From Octopus sinensis (taxonomy: Eukaryota): a stretch of DNA of 64,000 nt. The position numbers and the translations under genes were made by a program. The stretch covers positions 64,852,001 through 64,916,000 of the forward strand of contig NC_043007.1 in NCBI RefSeq assembly GCF_006345805.1. The letters are read 5' to 3'. Positions 29,161 to 43,020 of this stretch are shown piece by piece (positions within the stretch are counted from its first letter, which is position 1; each line of letters begins with the position of its first letter). The notes beneath the pieces were generated by a model. The model had not been told where the DNA came from. It saw only the letters and a program-made list of their open reading frames with translations, and did no database searches.

Positions 29161-29559
29161 TAAATCATTGAACAACATTATCAATGATTTCTAGTTGTTT
29201 TAAAATGCTAGGTTTGGAGATTGCAAACAGGAAAGTAGAAGCTACACAGGATAGAAATATAATCTATCACTCGAAATTTGATGCGAAAAAGAAAACAAAT
29301 TAAAAATAAAAAACGTAGTTCTTTCGTAAGCAATGGACATTTCAGTCGATTTTTACAGTAACCTAACCGGTTTATTATTCAGAGATTTTTCGTCTGAAAT
29401 GTTCATTTCATCTATTGTCAATATTAGGTGTTGTGCTAGGAATCTATTCTGTAGTAAGATATAATACATCTGATATACACATGTCTTCCCAATTCGAGCT
29501 AAAAATTTCAAAATTATCATATATAACCCAATTTTTTTTATCATGTTGTTTCTATTATT

Positions 29560-29572
29560 ATTATCATTCTCA

Positions 29573-29645
<73 letters not shown>
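29560..29645. repeat. (TAT)n microsatellite with degenerate triplet flanks
   Basis: Direct reading. Confidence 0.97.
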
Positions 29646-29756
29646 CAACCATTGTCATCACCATCATCATTTTGTATTATCATTACAATTTCTACTTCTA
29701 TTAATATTATTGTTACCACTATTATTATGGCTCGTTATTACTATTAAGTTGATTGA

Positions 29757-29970
29757 ATGCGGCAAGCTGACAGAATTGTTAGCACGCTGGACGAAATGCG
29801 TAGCGATATTTCGCCGGTCGCTACGTTCTGAGTTCAAATTTTTCCGAGGTCGACTTTACATTTCATCCTTTCGGGGGTCGATAAATTAAGTACCAGTTGA
29901 GAACTGGGGTCGATGTAGTCGATTATCCCCCTCCTCAAATTTCAGGCCTTGTGCCTATAATAGAAAGGAT
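29757..29970 (+). mobile_element. SINE family 1 with aaatttcaggccttgtgcctataatagaaagg tail
   Basis: Complete head, core and tail. Confidence 0.88.
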
Positions 29971-30146
29971 TAGTAAGTGGATTTCAACAAACTCTCTTAA
30001 TTTATTAGCATTATGCACAACTATAATTTAAACCAAGTTTCTCATGTTGAATAGGCAAATTCAACCATATGTCTGTTAAATAATCTACAAATACTTGATG
30101 GTGGAAAATGCTTGTTTAGAGTCATGAAAAATTTACCTGGTATATT

Positions 30147-30555
30147 TATTTCTTTATTGCCCACAAGGGGCTAAACATAGAGGGGACAAACAAGGACGAA
30201 CAAAGGGATTAAGTCGATAACATCAACCTCAGTGTGTAACTGGTACTTATTTAATCGACCCCGAAAGGATGAAAGGAAAAGTTGGCCTCGGCAGAATTTG
30301 AACTGAGAACGTAACGGCAGACAAAATACCTATTTCTTTCTTACCCACAAGGGGCTAAACATACTGGGGACAAACAAGAACAGACATAGGTATTAAGTCG
30401 ATTACATCGACCCCAGTGCGTAACTGGTGCTTAATTTATCGACCCCGAAAGGATGAAAGGCAAAGTTAGCCTCGGCGGAATTTGAACTGAGAACGTAACG
30501 GCAGACAAAATACCACTAAGCATTTCGCCCGGCGTGCTAATGATTCTGCCAGCTC
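30147..30555 (-). mobile_element. SINE family 1 tandem dimer (184-bp units 30147-30330 and 30331-30514, plus head remainder)
   Basis: Direct repeat reading; junction aaatacc|tatttc. Confidence 0.9.
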
Positions 30556-31462
30556 ATTGGTGGCTATTCGGGCCCCGTATGGAGCGTTGTACCATGTCAC
30601 CTGCATCGAACAAGATCTCTGCCTTCTAGGATTAATATTAAAGTTACTACTTCTTAATATATCCCCATGTATGCAGTTATAAGTAAAGATGCGAGGGGGC
30701 CCGTATTTACTCTTTGAGTTTGGTTCGTTCAAGGTTTTTGTATTTCTATTGCAATATTTTTGTTCTTTTTGTTATAAGTACTACCATTATTATCGTATTT
30801 ATTACCATCCACATTATTGTTACCATTATTATAATTACTACTATCAATATTATCATTATTATTATCTCTATTATACTGTCTTAAACTGACAATTACAATT
30901 CCTAAGTAAGTATGCAGACATATACTCTACATTTTACACTGGTCAAATAGGTTTAGGTTTAATACTGTCTCCCTCAAAATGTTTTCTATTCCAAGCAGTG
31001 TGGTGCAACTTGTTAAGGATGGAATGGTGTTAAACTTCTCAATCTCTGTAGTATCTGTGTCGATCAAACATGGTATCCATGAATATATATTATTATTATG
31101 TTGTAGAATTATGTAACAAAAAAAAAGTATATGAAACGTGCGTTAGAGGATTAAAATGTATATTTCTAAGTTCTTTGATGCTTTTCTACAACATTCTTAG
31201 ACCTTATACTGAATTTATTCAGTGCATTAACTTTGGACTTACAGATTGAACAGACAATGAAAAAATAAATTTCCATACTACATGAATTACGATAGCCAAG
31301 TTTGATTCTTGCAGAGTGCATACAAAATATTCGTATGAATTTTAAATCACTTTTTTTCTCTAAATTCACACATACACACACACGCACACACCACACACAT
31401 ACACACACGCACACACGCACACACACACGCACTCACACGCACACACACACATACACACACAC

Positions 31463-32270
31463 TTAAGCGCAGGTGTTTCTGTGTGGTAAGGAGCTTGCCT
31501 CTCAACCACATGGCTCCGTGTTCACTGCCACTGCGATACCTTGAGCAAGTATCTTCTACTATAACCTCTGGCCGACTAAAGCCTTGTGAGTGGATTTAGT
31601 AAACGGAAACTGAAAGAGGCCCGTCATATATATATATATGTGTGTGTGTATATATGTGTATGTGCGTGCGTGTGTGTGTGTGTGTATGTGTGTGTGTGTA
31701 TGTGTGTGTGTGTGTGTGTTTGTGCCGCGCCACTTGACACCTTGTGATATATGTTTACGCCTCCGTTACCGATGAAATGAGTACTAGGCTTTGAAATATA
31801 AGCCCTGGTGTCGATTTGATTGACTATAACCTTTCAGGGCGCTCCAGCATGGCCGCAATCAGCTGACTGAAACAACTAAAGGAATAAAGCGAAGGCATGA
31901 CTATGTGATTAAAAGTTTTCTTCCCAACCACATGCTTCTAGGTTTCATTGTGGCACCTTGGGCATGTATCTTATACAATAGCTCTGGGTCGACCAAATCT
32001 TTGTGAGTGGATTTGGTGTATGGAACATGAAAGAAGCCTGTCATATATATATAGTATATATCTGTGTGTCTTGGTGTTTGTGTTGTCCTTCCACCCCTTG
32101 TCAACCGTTGTAGGTATGTTTACATCCACTTAACTTACCAATTTGGCAACAAAATCTCAATAGAGTATGTGCCAGACGAAAAAGAAGTAGTGGAGTCGAT
32201 TTGTTTGGCTAAAACCCTTCAAGGTGGTGACCCATCATAGCCACGGCCTATAACTGGAAGACGTAAAAGC
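31463..32270 (+). mobile_element. Two head-to-tail SINE family 2 copies (about 31463-31890 and 31893-32270, the second older)
   Basis: Two successive tRNA-like heads (gtgtggtaaggagcttgcctctcaaccacatgg; atgtgattaaaagttttcttcccaaccacatg), each with body and tail. Confidence 0.8.
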
Positions 32271-32623
32271 TAAATCATACACTCTCTCTTACACATACGC
32301 ACACACACACAAAAACACACATTTATACATACATATATATATTACGTGATTGACCTGATTATCGAATGCTGTTATACAATACTCTTTACATCGTTTTAAC
32401 TTTTGAATAATGCCAGTTTGCTGGCTAGGCGATCAGGCTAATATTCTCCCTATCGTAAGTCTAGTCCGTTGCAGGGTTACCCTTTTACGGCTGAGTGAAC
32501 TAGAGCAACGTGAAATGTAGCGTTTTGCTCAAGAACACAACTTACCGCTTGGCTCGGGAATCGAAAGCATATGTACACACCACACACACACACACACTCA
32601 CACACACACACATACACACACAT

Positions 32624-32656
<33 letters not shown>

Positions 32657-32741
32657 CACATAGACATGACCTTAGAGTCTAACGTACAGTCCTCCAGTAC
32701 ACTTGCCCTTTTGTCTTTCTCTGCATTTTTCTTTCTTCGCT

Positions 32742-32783
32742 CTCACATTGTGAAGAAGAGCTTAAACTCGAAACGTCAAGGTG
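32742..32783 (+). ncRNA. Minimal type I hammerhead ribozyme-like motif in a Penelope-like terminal fragment (C3-to-G variant, probably inactive)
   Basis: tcacatt-GTGAAGA-a-GAG cttaaa CTC-GAAA-CGTC-aaggtga: core CUGANGA/GAAA with one change, 3-bp stem II, palindromic ACGT stem III, GUC cleavage triplet, 6 of 7 stem I pairs. Confidence 0.6.
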
Positions 32784-32907
32784 ATTTCTACTTTCTGCCC
32801 TTTCATCGAGCGTCAAACTAAAAATAACATGTTGTTAATGCTTAGCTTTGCATATATTTGTACAAACATGCATACATTCGAGTGGTATATGTAAAAACGT
32901 GTATAAA

Positions 32908-32962
<55 letters not shown>

Positions 32963-33099
32963 TACATGCATACATACATACATACATATATATATATATA
33001 TACGTACATAGATATATAAATATATATATATACATACATACACATATATACTCACAAAGACTTAAATATATATACATAAATACATATATATATATATAC

Positions 33100-33194
<95 letters not shown>

Positions 33195-33549
33195 AATGCA
33201 AGTATGTGAACATTTGTGTATATATAGAAAGACTGAGCTAAGCACGTGTATATACTTCCCTATAACGTCTAATAACAAAAAGATAAACGTATATGCACAT
33301 GTACACACACATATCTCTTTGTAAACATGTATACCTGAAGACGTTTTGCACTAACATTGCAATGGAAACTAAGAGAGAGTAAGAGACTGACTCGACCAAA
33401 AAGTCTCTATAATGGTATCGAGTTCTTTTTCCACCATCAGTTGACACTAAATGTGTGTGTGTGTGTGTGTGTGTATTTATATATATATGTGTATGTGTAT
33501 ATATATATGTATATATATACTCACACACAAAAACACATATATGTTATAG

Positions 33550-33588
<39 letters not shown>

Positions 33589-33875
33589 CATACATACATA
33601 TACGCATATATACATGCATACATACATATATATATGCATATATATAAATATATATACATAGAAATACATTGATATATATGTATATAAAGTTATGTATGTA
33701 CTCTACATAAAATTATGTATAAATATCAAATATATATATATATCTGTTAAATATATAAATATTATAATATATGTATATATACATACATATATATGTATAT
33801 ATACATACATATATATATATATATGCACATATATTTAATATTTATATGTACTTGTAAATAGATATGAAAATATTT

Positions 33876-33914
<39 letters not shown>

Positions 33915-34422
33915 GCGTGCATGTCTACTTCATGCACATTTATAAATCAGACATGGTGTGTATATGTATATTAATGTATATTTCATTACTTTCGCTAAAG
34001 CAACTGCTAACATCCACCTCACTCGACATGAATAAAAAGAAGATATGAAAATAATCATATGAAGTATTTGTCGAAGAAGTATTTCCGAAAATGGGATTAT
34101 AATATCGTCAACCGCTTAGATTGTACACTGGATGATCTGTATAGAGAGATATCTATGCAACGTTGTTGAGTGTAAGACATAACTAGTAGTCGGTAACGGC
34201 CATTTTCAATTGATGAGCTGAAATTCTGTTCACGATCTAACTAGCTGGAAATATCCATATATCTATATTAATACAGTAACAAAAAAAGTCTATTCTTATC
34301 CGCATCAGACATTGGATTGAATATAGAATTGAGAAAGAATATCCATACAACCACATACATACATACATACATACATACATACATACATACATACATACAT
34401 ACATACATACATAATACATACA

Positions 34423-34456
<34 letters not shown>

Positions 34457-34545
34457 CATAAATACATACATACACACATACACACACACACACAAATATA
34501 TTTATATAAGTATATGTATGTATATGTATGTATATGTATATTATA

Positions 34546-34616
<71 letters not shown>

Positions 34617-36693
34617 TTATGTACTCATTTCTGTTTTGATGTATATTGCAGAAAGGTGAAATGACTTTTAAATTAAAATTCGTTCTCGAATGTTTCATCT
34701 CATTAGTTTCCGTTTCTATATTATGCAATTTTCCAACTTTATCCTCTGACTAAAATATCTTCCCTTCTCTCCCCCCTTCTTAGTGAAACATAACTATATA
34801 CATTTCACCCCCACATACGCGCACAGGTACACACACTTGTATACATACACAGGCACCCAAAAGCACACCAATGCAGGCACACATATAGACTCATACACAC
34901 ATTCATACACACATACACACGCGGGTACACGCACACATACACACATATATTATATAGTAAATATTTATAGTGTCTGCATATCTGTGTTCACATACAGAAT
35001 GGTAATGCAACAAAATACCGCTAACCTATTGCAATCCGACGCTTCATTGTTTATACTTAAACCGGTTAATAAGCATAATTTATGCATATTCCATTGATGG
35101 TAGAAAAAGAGTTTGTGATATTCACCCCGGTACTCAAGATATTAATGTACTATGTGGTTTTTCAAGTAAAACTCTAAATAATTTAACGATGAAGTTATGC
35201 AAAATTATTGTATAAAATAGTCACATTGAAATATAAGTTAAAAAATAAATACGATAGAACAGTGAACTGTAATTATGCTCGCAGCGCGCGCGCGCCCACA
35301 TCTGTGTGCAGATATGTACTCACGCATACACACACACACATAAATGCTTGTATATGCGTATGCGCATGCCTGAGTATTTGTATACATATGTATGTGTGTG
35401 TTCAAGAGACATTTACATACAAATATATACATATACACACGTATACATGATAAAATACTTAACTACATGATTTAACTATCATTTTTCCTGTCTTCACACA
35501 CACACAAACACAGAAGGGTAGAAGTGTATAACAGCTATATTTCAAATGTATCATGTCTTCTGAATATTAAATAGATGTTGTTCGATCGATTTTCTCTCTC
35601 TCCCTTTCTCTCTCTTTCACTCTCTATCTGTCTATTTGTCTATCTGTCTATTTGTCTACGCATATAAGGATATACTATGATTTAATACAGACACACACAC
35701 ACACATATATGTATATAGATAGATAAATAGATACAAAACGATGTAAAATTAGTATCTGGTTTCATGCCAGTGCTTCGTACATATGACATCATCGTTTTTT
35801 TTTTGTTTAAAAATCTCATTGTTAAAATGTACATGCGCGAGAATCGTCGAGAATTATCGAGAAAAGATGTAGGGAAAGGAGTAAAACGAGAGAAAACAGA
35901 AATTAACAAAGTGAAAATATAAATGCCACTAAAAAAAAAAGGAAAATTGATGTACAAGGAATGAAAATGAAGGTATAAAATATGAAAGAAATCATGAATG
36001 AAATAACAAAGAACCACATCGAAATTAAACCAGGATTTTTCTAGCATTGTGTTGTGTAATGTCTATATGTGATGGAGTGCGCCAGTATTAGAGTGTGTGA
36101 GCAAAATTAGTATGTGAGAAGAAACGGATAATAAAGTCGGAAACATCTAGAGATTTACATGATAGGAGTGCTGAAGATAGAATGAATTTATTGATTTAGA
36201 TCAATTAGAAAATTTTCTCGCTTCTCCCCCCCTCATTTTTTTCTATCTCATCACTTCAACAATTTCTCTTTTATGCACCATGACAAGAGACAAATATATT
36301 GTACAAATGGAGTATACAATCTCATCCTCAACGAGTGAACGACAGCATGCATGCACACACGTAGGCACACACACACACACACCACACACACACACACACA
36401 CACACGTAGACAAGACAACGAGGGAGCCTCTACGTGGTCATTTACTTTACTAGAGAAAGCAGCCAAATCGCCTTTAAATCACACCCTACTACGTTATTGG
36501 AAGAATACATTAAACAATGTGACACTGGATGTACTTAAAGAATGAATGGTCACAGATGAAATACTTTCCACTGCAGGCCTATTCGATCAGGGGTCGCTGT
36601 AGCTAAGCAATAGCAATAATAGCAGCAATGCAATATTTAATGTATAAATTCACCACCATTCCCTGACTCCACGTATCTCTCCTATGATAACCG

Positions 36694-36736
<43 letters not shown>

Positions 36737-36999
36737 AAAAAATGAAGTTCGAAAATGCTGCTGTATTATACAATTTTAATTTTTATATATACATTATAAC
36801 ATGTTTCAGTTCCTGAAATGAACCTTATCAAAAAAGTTATATATAAAAAAAGACAGCTCATGCCGTCAAACACAAGAAATTCATTTATAATACACAACGG
36901 AGTGAGACATCTTAGAGTTCATGTATAGTTGATATATAGTTTGAAGTATATGTTCAAAGTGTTCGATGCAGTGGCCCACGGTGGCGATACGTATTCAAT

Positions 37000-37060
<61 letters not shown>

Positions 37061-37078
37061 CTATATATACATATATAT

Positions 37079-37139
<61 letters not shown>

Positions 37140-37230
37140 CATGTATACACACATACATATATGCATATATGCATACACATACATACATACGTACACACAC
37201 ACATATATAAATATGCATATACATACATGC

Positions 37231-37290
<60 letters not shown>

Positions 37291-37748
37291 GCACACACTC
37301 ACACACACACATACACACACACACACATATATATATATATATGCATATATATACATATATATTTCTATATATACTCATATAGATGAAACAGTTAGGTTAA
37401 TTACTCAGGGGTTTCATCTATATTTTCTTGGTGAAAGCTCGACCTGTTAGAAAATGCAGCCAAATTTGTCCCGTATTACTAGTGTGTTGTAAAGAAAAGA
37501 GACATTGGATATACCGCAGTCCAAGACATACAAATGCCAGAAAAAAAATGTACATGTTAGTCATGACTGGAATGTTTTTGATCCTAGTTCTGCTGAATGA
37601 TAATTCACTGGAATTTATTAACTAAAGAGCAACAATAGTTATAAGAACATCGACGATCAATCAAATAGTGGTGAATATATTTAACGCAAGACAAGCAATC
37701 AAGGAATGAAATTATACCATATCTTATGAGTTTACTTCTGTTTGTTTC

Positions 37749-37863
<115 letters not shown>

Positions 37864-37884
37864 GTTCATCCATCCATCCATCCA

Positions 37885-37944
<60 letters not shown>

Positions 37945-38489
37945 CCTCTATACATATCCATATATTCATCTATATACATATCTATCTATTCACACACGGC
38001 GCGCTCAGACACACATGTGCATCTATATATGCATACATACGTACATTTACACACAAATACACACTCATATATGAGGCCACAGCAACTGTATGGAAAATAA
38101 GCAGAGTAAATTTCAAGGTGAAGGAGTGGTTAAAGCAAAACCGAAGACTTCGTTACTAAACTAATTACTAATAACGTTCTTTGCAGCAATCTCTAAAGTC
38201 TTTACGTAGTCCAGAAATATGGTAGTGTGTGGTGGTGGTGCGGGGAAGGGATTTGAGTTTGAGAAGAGTAGGATCCTCCAAATCTAGAAATATCCTTGCC
38301 AGTCGATGAATTATGGACTTGCCTATTCCGACTGATAACCTCTCTGTGAAGTATAACAAAGATGTTGATTTTTTTCCGAAATGCGAATGTTGTCAGTTTA
38401 TTAATAACATTAGTAATCTGACAAACATTATATTACAGATATTAGAGAAAAACTCGTTATAGTCTTTCCTTTTAGTTCGAAGGCAAAAG

Positions 38490-38685
38490 GAATTCCTAGC
38501 AATGTCGGTTTCAAACTTTGGTACAATTTCAGAGTAAATCGATTTCTCGACCCCAGTCATCAACTGGTCATAATTTCATCAATTCCGAAAGAATGAAAGG
38601 CAAAGTCAACCTCAGCGCATTTTGAACTCAGAACGTAAAGACGGACGAAATGCCGCTAAGCATTTTGAATTACTGACAATATCGG
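38490..38685 (-). mobile_element. SINE family 1
   Basis: gaatgaaaggcaaagtcaacctcagcgcattttgaactcagaacgtaaagacggacgaaatgccgctaagcattt. Confidence 0.8.
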
Positions 38686-38729
38686 CATCTGTTATGTTTA
38701 TTTCTCTGTGTTGATTGTAGATTGTTGTT

Positions 38730-38783
<54 letters not shown>

Positions 38784-38955
38784 ATAGTTTCCAACTGCAC
38801 ACAAACACATAGACAATTTTCTTATTCTTGTGCTTACAAACACTCCCACGCACACAATTAGCCATTTGGCATTTGAGCGATCCTTCTGTTATCCATAAAT
38901 GACACACATACATACATACATGCATACGTACATACATACATACATACATAATACA

Positions 38956-38986
<31 letters not shown>

Positions 38987-39479
38987 GTGTGTGTATCTAT
39001 TCTAACTGCCTGCCTGCCTACCTACCTACCTACCTACCTACCTACCTGCCTAACTACCTACCTACCTACCTACCTACCTACCTACCTACCTACCTACCTA
39101 CCTACTATCTACCTATCTATCTACCTATCTATCTATCTATCTTTCTACCTTACCTACTTCTCTCCCTCTCTCTTTGTCTTTCTCTCTCTCTCTATATATA
39201 TATTGTGTATATTACATTCATCTATGTTATACACCCGTGTATAGATATAAATACATATATCCATATATATGCATATACATTACACACATACACACACACA
39301 CATTTACACAGTTATATATCAGTGTACACTCATACATACTACACATATTTTCTTGCTCAAACTGTTTTTTACAACATCTAATATAATTTTTTTATACACA
39401 TGATATGCATATGTGCACCCACACATTCACACACGCCCCCAACACACACATATATACAACCCACATCGAAGGAGAGGAT

Positions 39480-39519
<40 letters not shown>

Positions 39520-39749
39520 GTGAGATAAGAAAATATTTCAAATGTCAACCCGTGCATGTATGTGCACGCGCGCGTATATTTCTCTGAACATGATTGCGCA
39601 TGCTTCCCTGTGCGATTGTGTGGTGAAATGCACGTGAAAATGCTGTGTTCTGAGCAAATTTTGGGCCATTAATTTTCTTATTTTATTTCATATAACTTGT
39701 ATTGTTTAACAATAGTATCAACAAATTAATCTACCAGTAGCAAAGCAGG

Positions 39750-40190
39750 TGGCTCTATTTTGTTATTCGACCTGTTAGAAACAGCAGGCAAATCTTCCTC
39801 AAAACACACCCACCCACCTTAGAAAATATTATATCGGATAATATGGCCAAGATTATGGATTCCTTGTTCAGAGAAAAAAGATACAGTGGTCATCGATGAA
39901 TTGCCTCTAACCACTGATCTACTCAATTAAGACTGATCCCCATGCTAAGCGACAATGCAAATATCCCAATAACGTGTTGGCATGGAGACTTCAACGTGGT
40001 CATTTGATATGCCAAAAAATTACGTCCAATTCTCCCGCAAATTTCATTTTACTGTCTTAAAAACTGAAAGGAAACATTGTAAATATACAGTACTTAATAT
40101 ACTAAGTCAAGATGGTTGCGGCTTGGACTAAACAAAACCAAGTTTCCCCGCTTCTTCGATCGAGAAACAACAACAGTAACAAAGCAACAA
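39750..40190 (+). mobile_element. Two degenerate family 4 SINE-like copies
   Basis: cgacctgttagaaacagcaggcaaatcttcctcaaaacacacc...; similar to 37430-37630 and 36400-36620. Confidence 0.5.
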
Positions 40191-43020
40191 GATACCTAAC
40201 CATGAAGTACATTTAGCACAACTGACGTTGCTCAGATTATTAATGCATTAGTAGTTATTTTGATAATGAAGTTCTATATTCCGATGATGATGATGACGAC
40301 GACGACGATGATGATGATGAAGATTGAATGGTGATGACAGTGGTAGCTGAGAAATGAAAAAAAATTGTCGCCTTGGTGGAATTTGACCTCAGAAATACAA
40401 AGGGGCTTATCTAGATACTGCAAGGCACTTAAGCTAATATTCTACTGTCTGTGCCAACCCCAACTCTTAAATTATATTCTATCGACCTAAAAGCATAAGA
40501 CATGAACTTGACACCGGCATGTTCAGAACTTAGAATGTAAAAGGTCGTATCTAAATCCCAGAAGAGGTTTTCTATGCCCATCTAACGACTCTACCATTGG
40601 ATATTATCATTACAAAATTTAACGTGATTGTAAGTAAAATTACGTACACGTACTTAATCTTATCATATAGACTCCGGAAATAGGCATGAGGCCCGGAAGA
40701 ATGACTAACTAGTCATTTACTTACTGCAATAAAATCTGAGACAAAACTAAGCTATTAATGAAAAATGTTTACCGGTGTCACCAAATACAGTATTTAGTAT
40801 TCATAACCAATAATGAAGAATTTGAAGCAAGGTTGTGTACTTCTGTTATGACTGAGACTTATCAGAATGTATTTTTGATACATTGACAAGAGGGCAGTGA
40901 ATTAAAGAATCATTGAAGTATCGAACCTATTTCCTCTGGTGTTTAGTTACATCTCTTTACATTCTGAGCTCGGATCATGACGATGTTACTTTTCGTTATA
41001 GTAAGCACCTTTCAAGCAATACAACTAATTTTTAGTAATCAGTGTGCACCATAATTTTATGTTGCACAAATGTTTTTTATGAGATAAAAGTATATACTCA
41101 TTGATGTATAATCAGTTTAATCATTAATTACCACATTATTTTAGGTAACTAATCATTTATGTGAAGATTGATTTCTTTTGTGCACTAGTTACAAAACGTG
41201 TCTGCGCGTGCTCACACAATATCCTACAGGAAAAGATTCTGTCGAGTAATGGCAGCAAAGTTTCCCGTCAACCACATTTTATTGTCTAAAAAGACACATT
41301 GGGTAATGTAGTCCGTGGTATACATATCCTGACGAAAAAGAAAACTAAAAAGAAAAAAAAAAGAAATGAAAGATGGAAGAGATTGAAAGACTGGGAGCTA
41401 CGTTTGGAAATCTCTGATTGAAGGTCTGCTGGATCAGGGCTATCTTGGCCTTTATAGGACGACAGCAACAATAGTAATAACAGCAACAACAGTAATAACA
41501 GCAACATGTAATTTAAAGGTATCTGCATTATTATTATCATTAGAGAGAAATTGTTGGAGGAAGGCTGCTGAATAAGAGGTTTGGGGGTCTTTAACAAAAA
41601 GCAGATCTATTGGAGTCCCACCGCGTGAACAATGGCATGCGGCATTTTGCCTTATTTCTGTGACTCTTATTCCCGAATAACTGACTGCCGAATGAAGCAT
41701 ATGTTTTTCTTTTAACTCCGTTTGGGTCAAAAGAGAAAGAATTTTACAATTCATAGTCAATATAGAGGTAGGCTAAAGGCTCTTTGCTGGTTTGCTCTCA
41801 ACATAGGCGTATTTAGGGATGAATCTTGGGATTGTTATGAATATACTTTAGTATCACTTTAAAAGTTTCTCAAGCTATGTTGTTATAATGTTAAAATCGA
41901 GAATTGGCAGAATCCTTACAGCATTAGTTAATTCTCTGAGGTCTGAGTTCAGATCAACTTTGCATTTCACTCTTTCAGAGTATATAAAGTATCAGTCTAA
42001 TAATACTGGACAAGATTTTCTCTCCCCCGTCTCCCTTTATCTCTTTCTGGACTATACCCCTAAATCAAAGTATCCAGTTTGCCAATTTGTGTCACAAAGA
42101 TTCTACCTGAAAATTACCTTAGGGACATACATGTCTGTAGCACAAACATCTGTTTTAACATTAATTTCAGAAGTAGGAATTCAACTGGTTAAAAACCTAA
42201 ACGCTTGTCGTCGAGACCCACGGAAAATTCACCGTTATAATGCTAGATGTGGCCTATTGGAGGTTGTAACACTGCCTAAGAATAATGAATATTATTCACA
42301 TAACTATAGAGGGGAACTGAGTTGAGGAACATTGTGAGAATGGTTGATTCAGACGGTTGGTATCTTTCGCTTGCAATGTTATTTTCGTGTCCCTATCGAA
42401 ATGAAAAATAAAGCAGCCCTCCAAAACATAGTTTTTGTTTTGTTACCATATTGTAGCAATTCAAAGGAAACTATGAAAGGAATTAACTGATATATTTTGT
42501 CTGTGATGTAACACAAGTGAATGCAAATATACTATTTTCGGAGTAACAAGGTTGCTATTATAATATTGGCTGTTAATTGACAGCATATCAGATCCCCTAG
42601 TTCATTATGAACTAATATGAGATCTTCAACATGGTCTGTCGGCTGTTGAAAATTGCTATTAGATTTCCCCCAAATTATATTACTATGTCTTAAACAGTGA
42701 CGCATTGGCTCATATAATTCGAAATATATGTTTTGGATAGCTATAGTTGAAGTGACTGAGCTCAGTCAGGATTGGCATGGACTTAAGCAACAACAACAAC
42801 AACACCAAATCATCATCAGCAGCAGCATCAACAACAACAACTGCAGCAGCAGAAACAACAATAACCACAACAACAGCTTGGGTCATTGTTAATCAAAATT
42901 AAACCGCTAATATATTTGCCCTACACCGTACACAACAAGCAATACATAATATATTGTTTGTAAGAAACTCCAGAGTTGTCAATATGTCAATATTGTTGGC
43001 ACGCAAGATGACGGAGAAAT

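Noticed and set aside
41452-41760. ORF containing RGGTPIDLLF, like an APE endonuclease motif
   Set aside because: A single short motif with no supporting neighbours.
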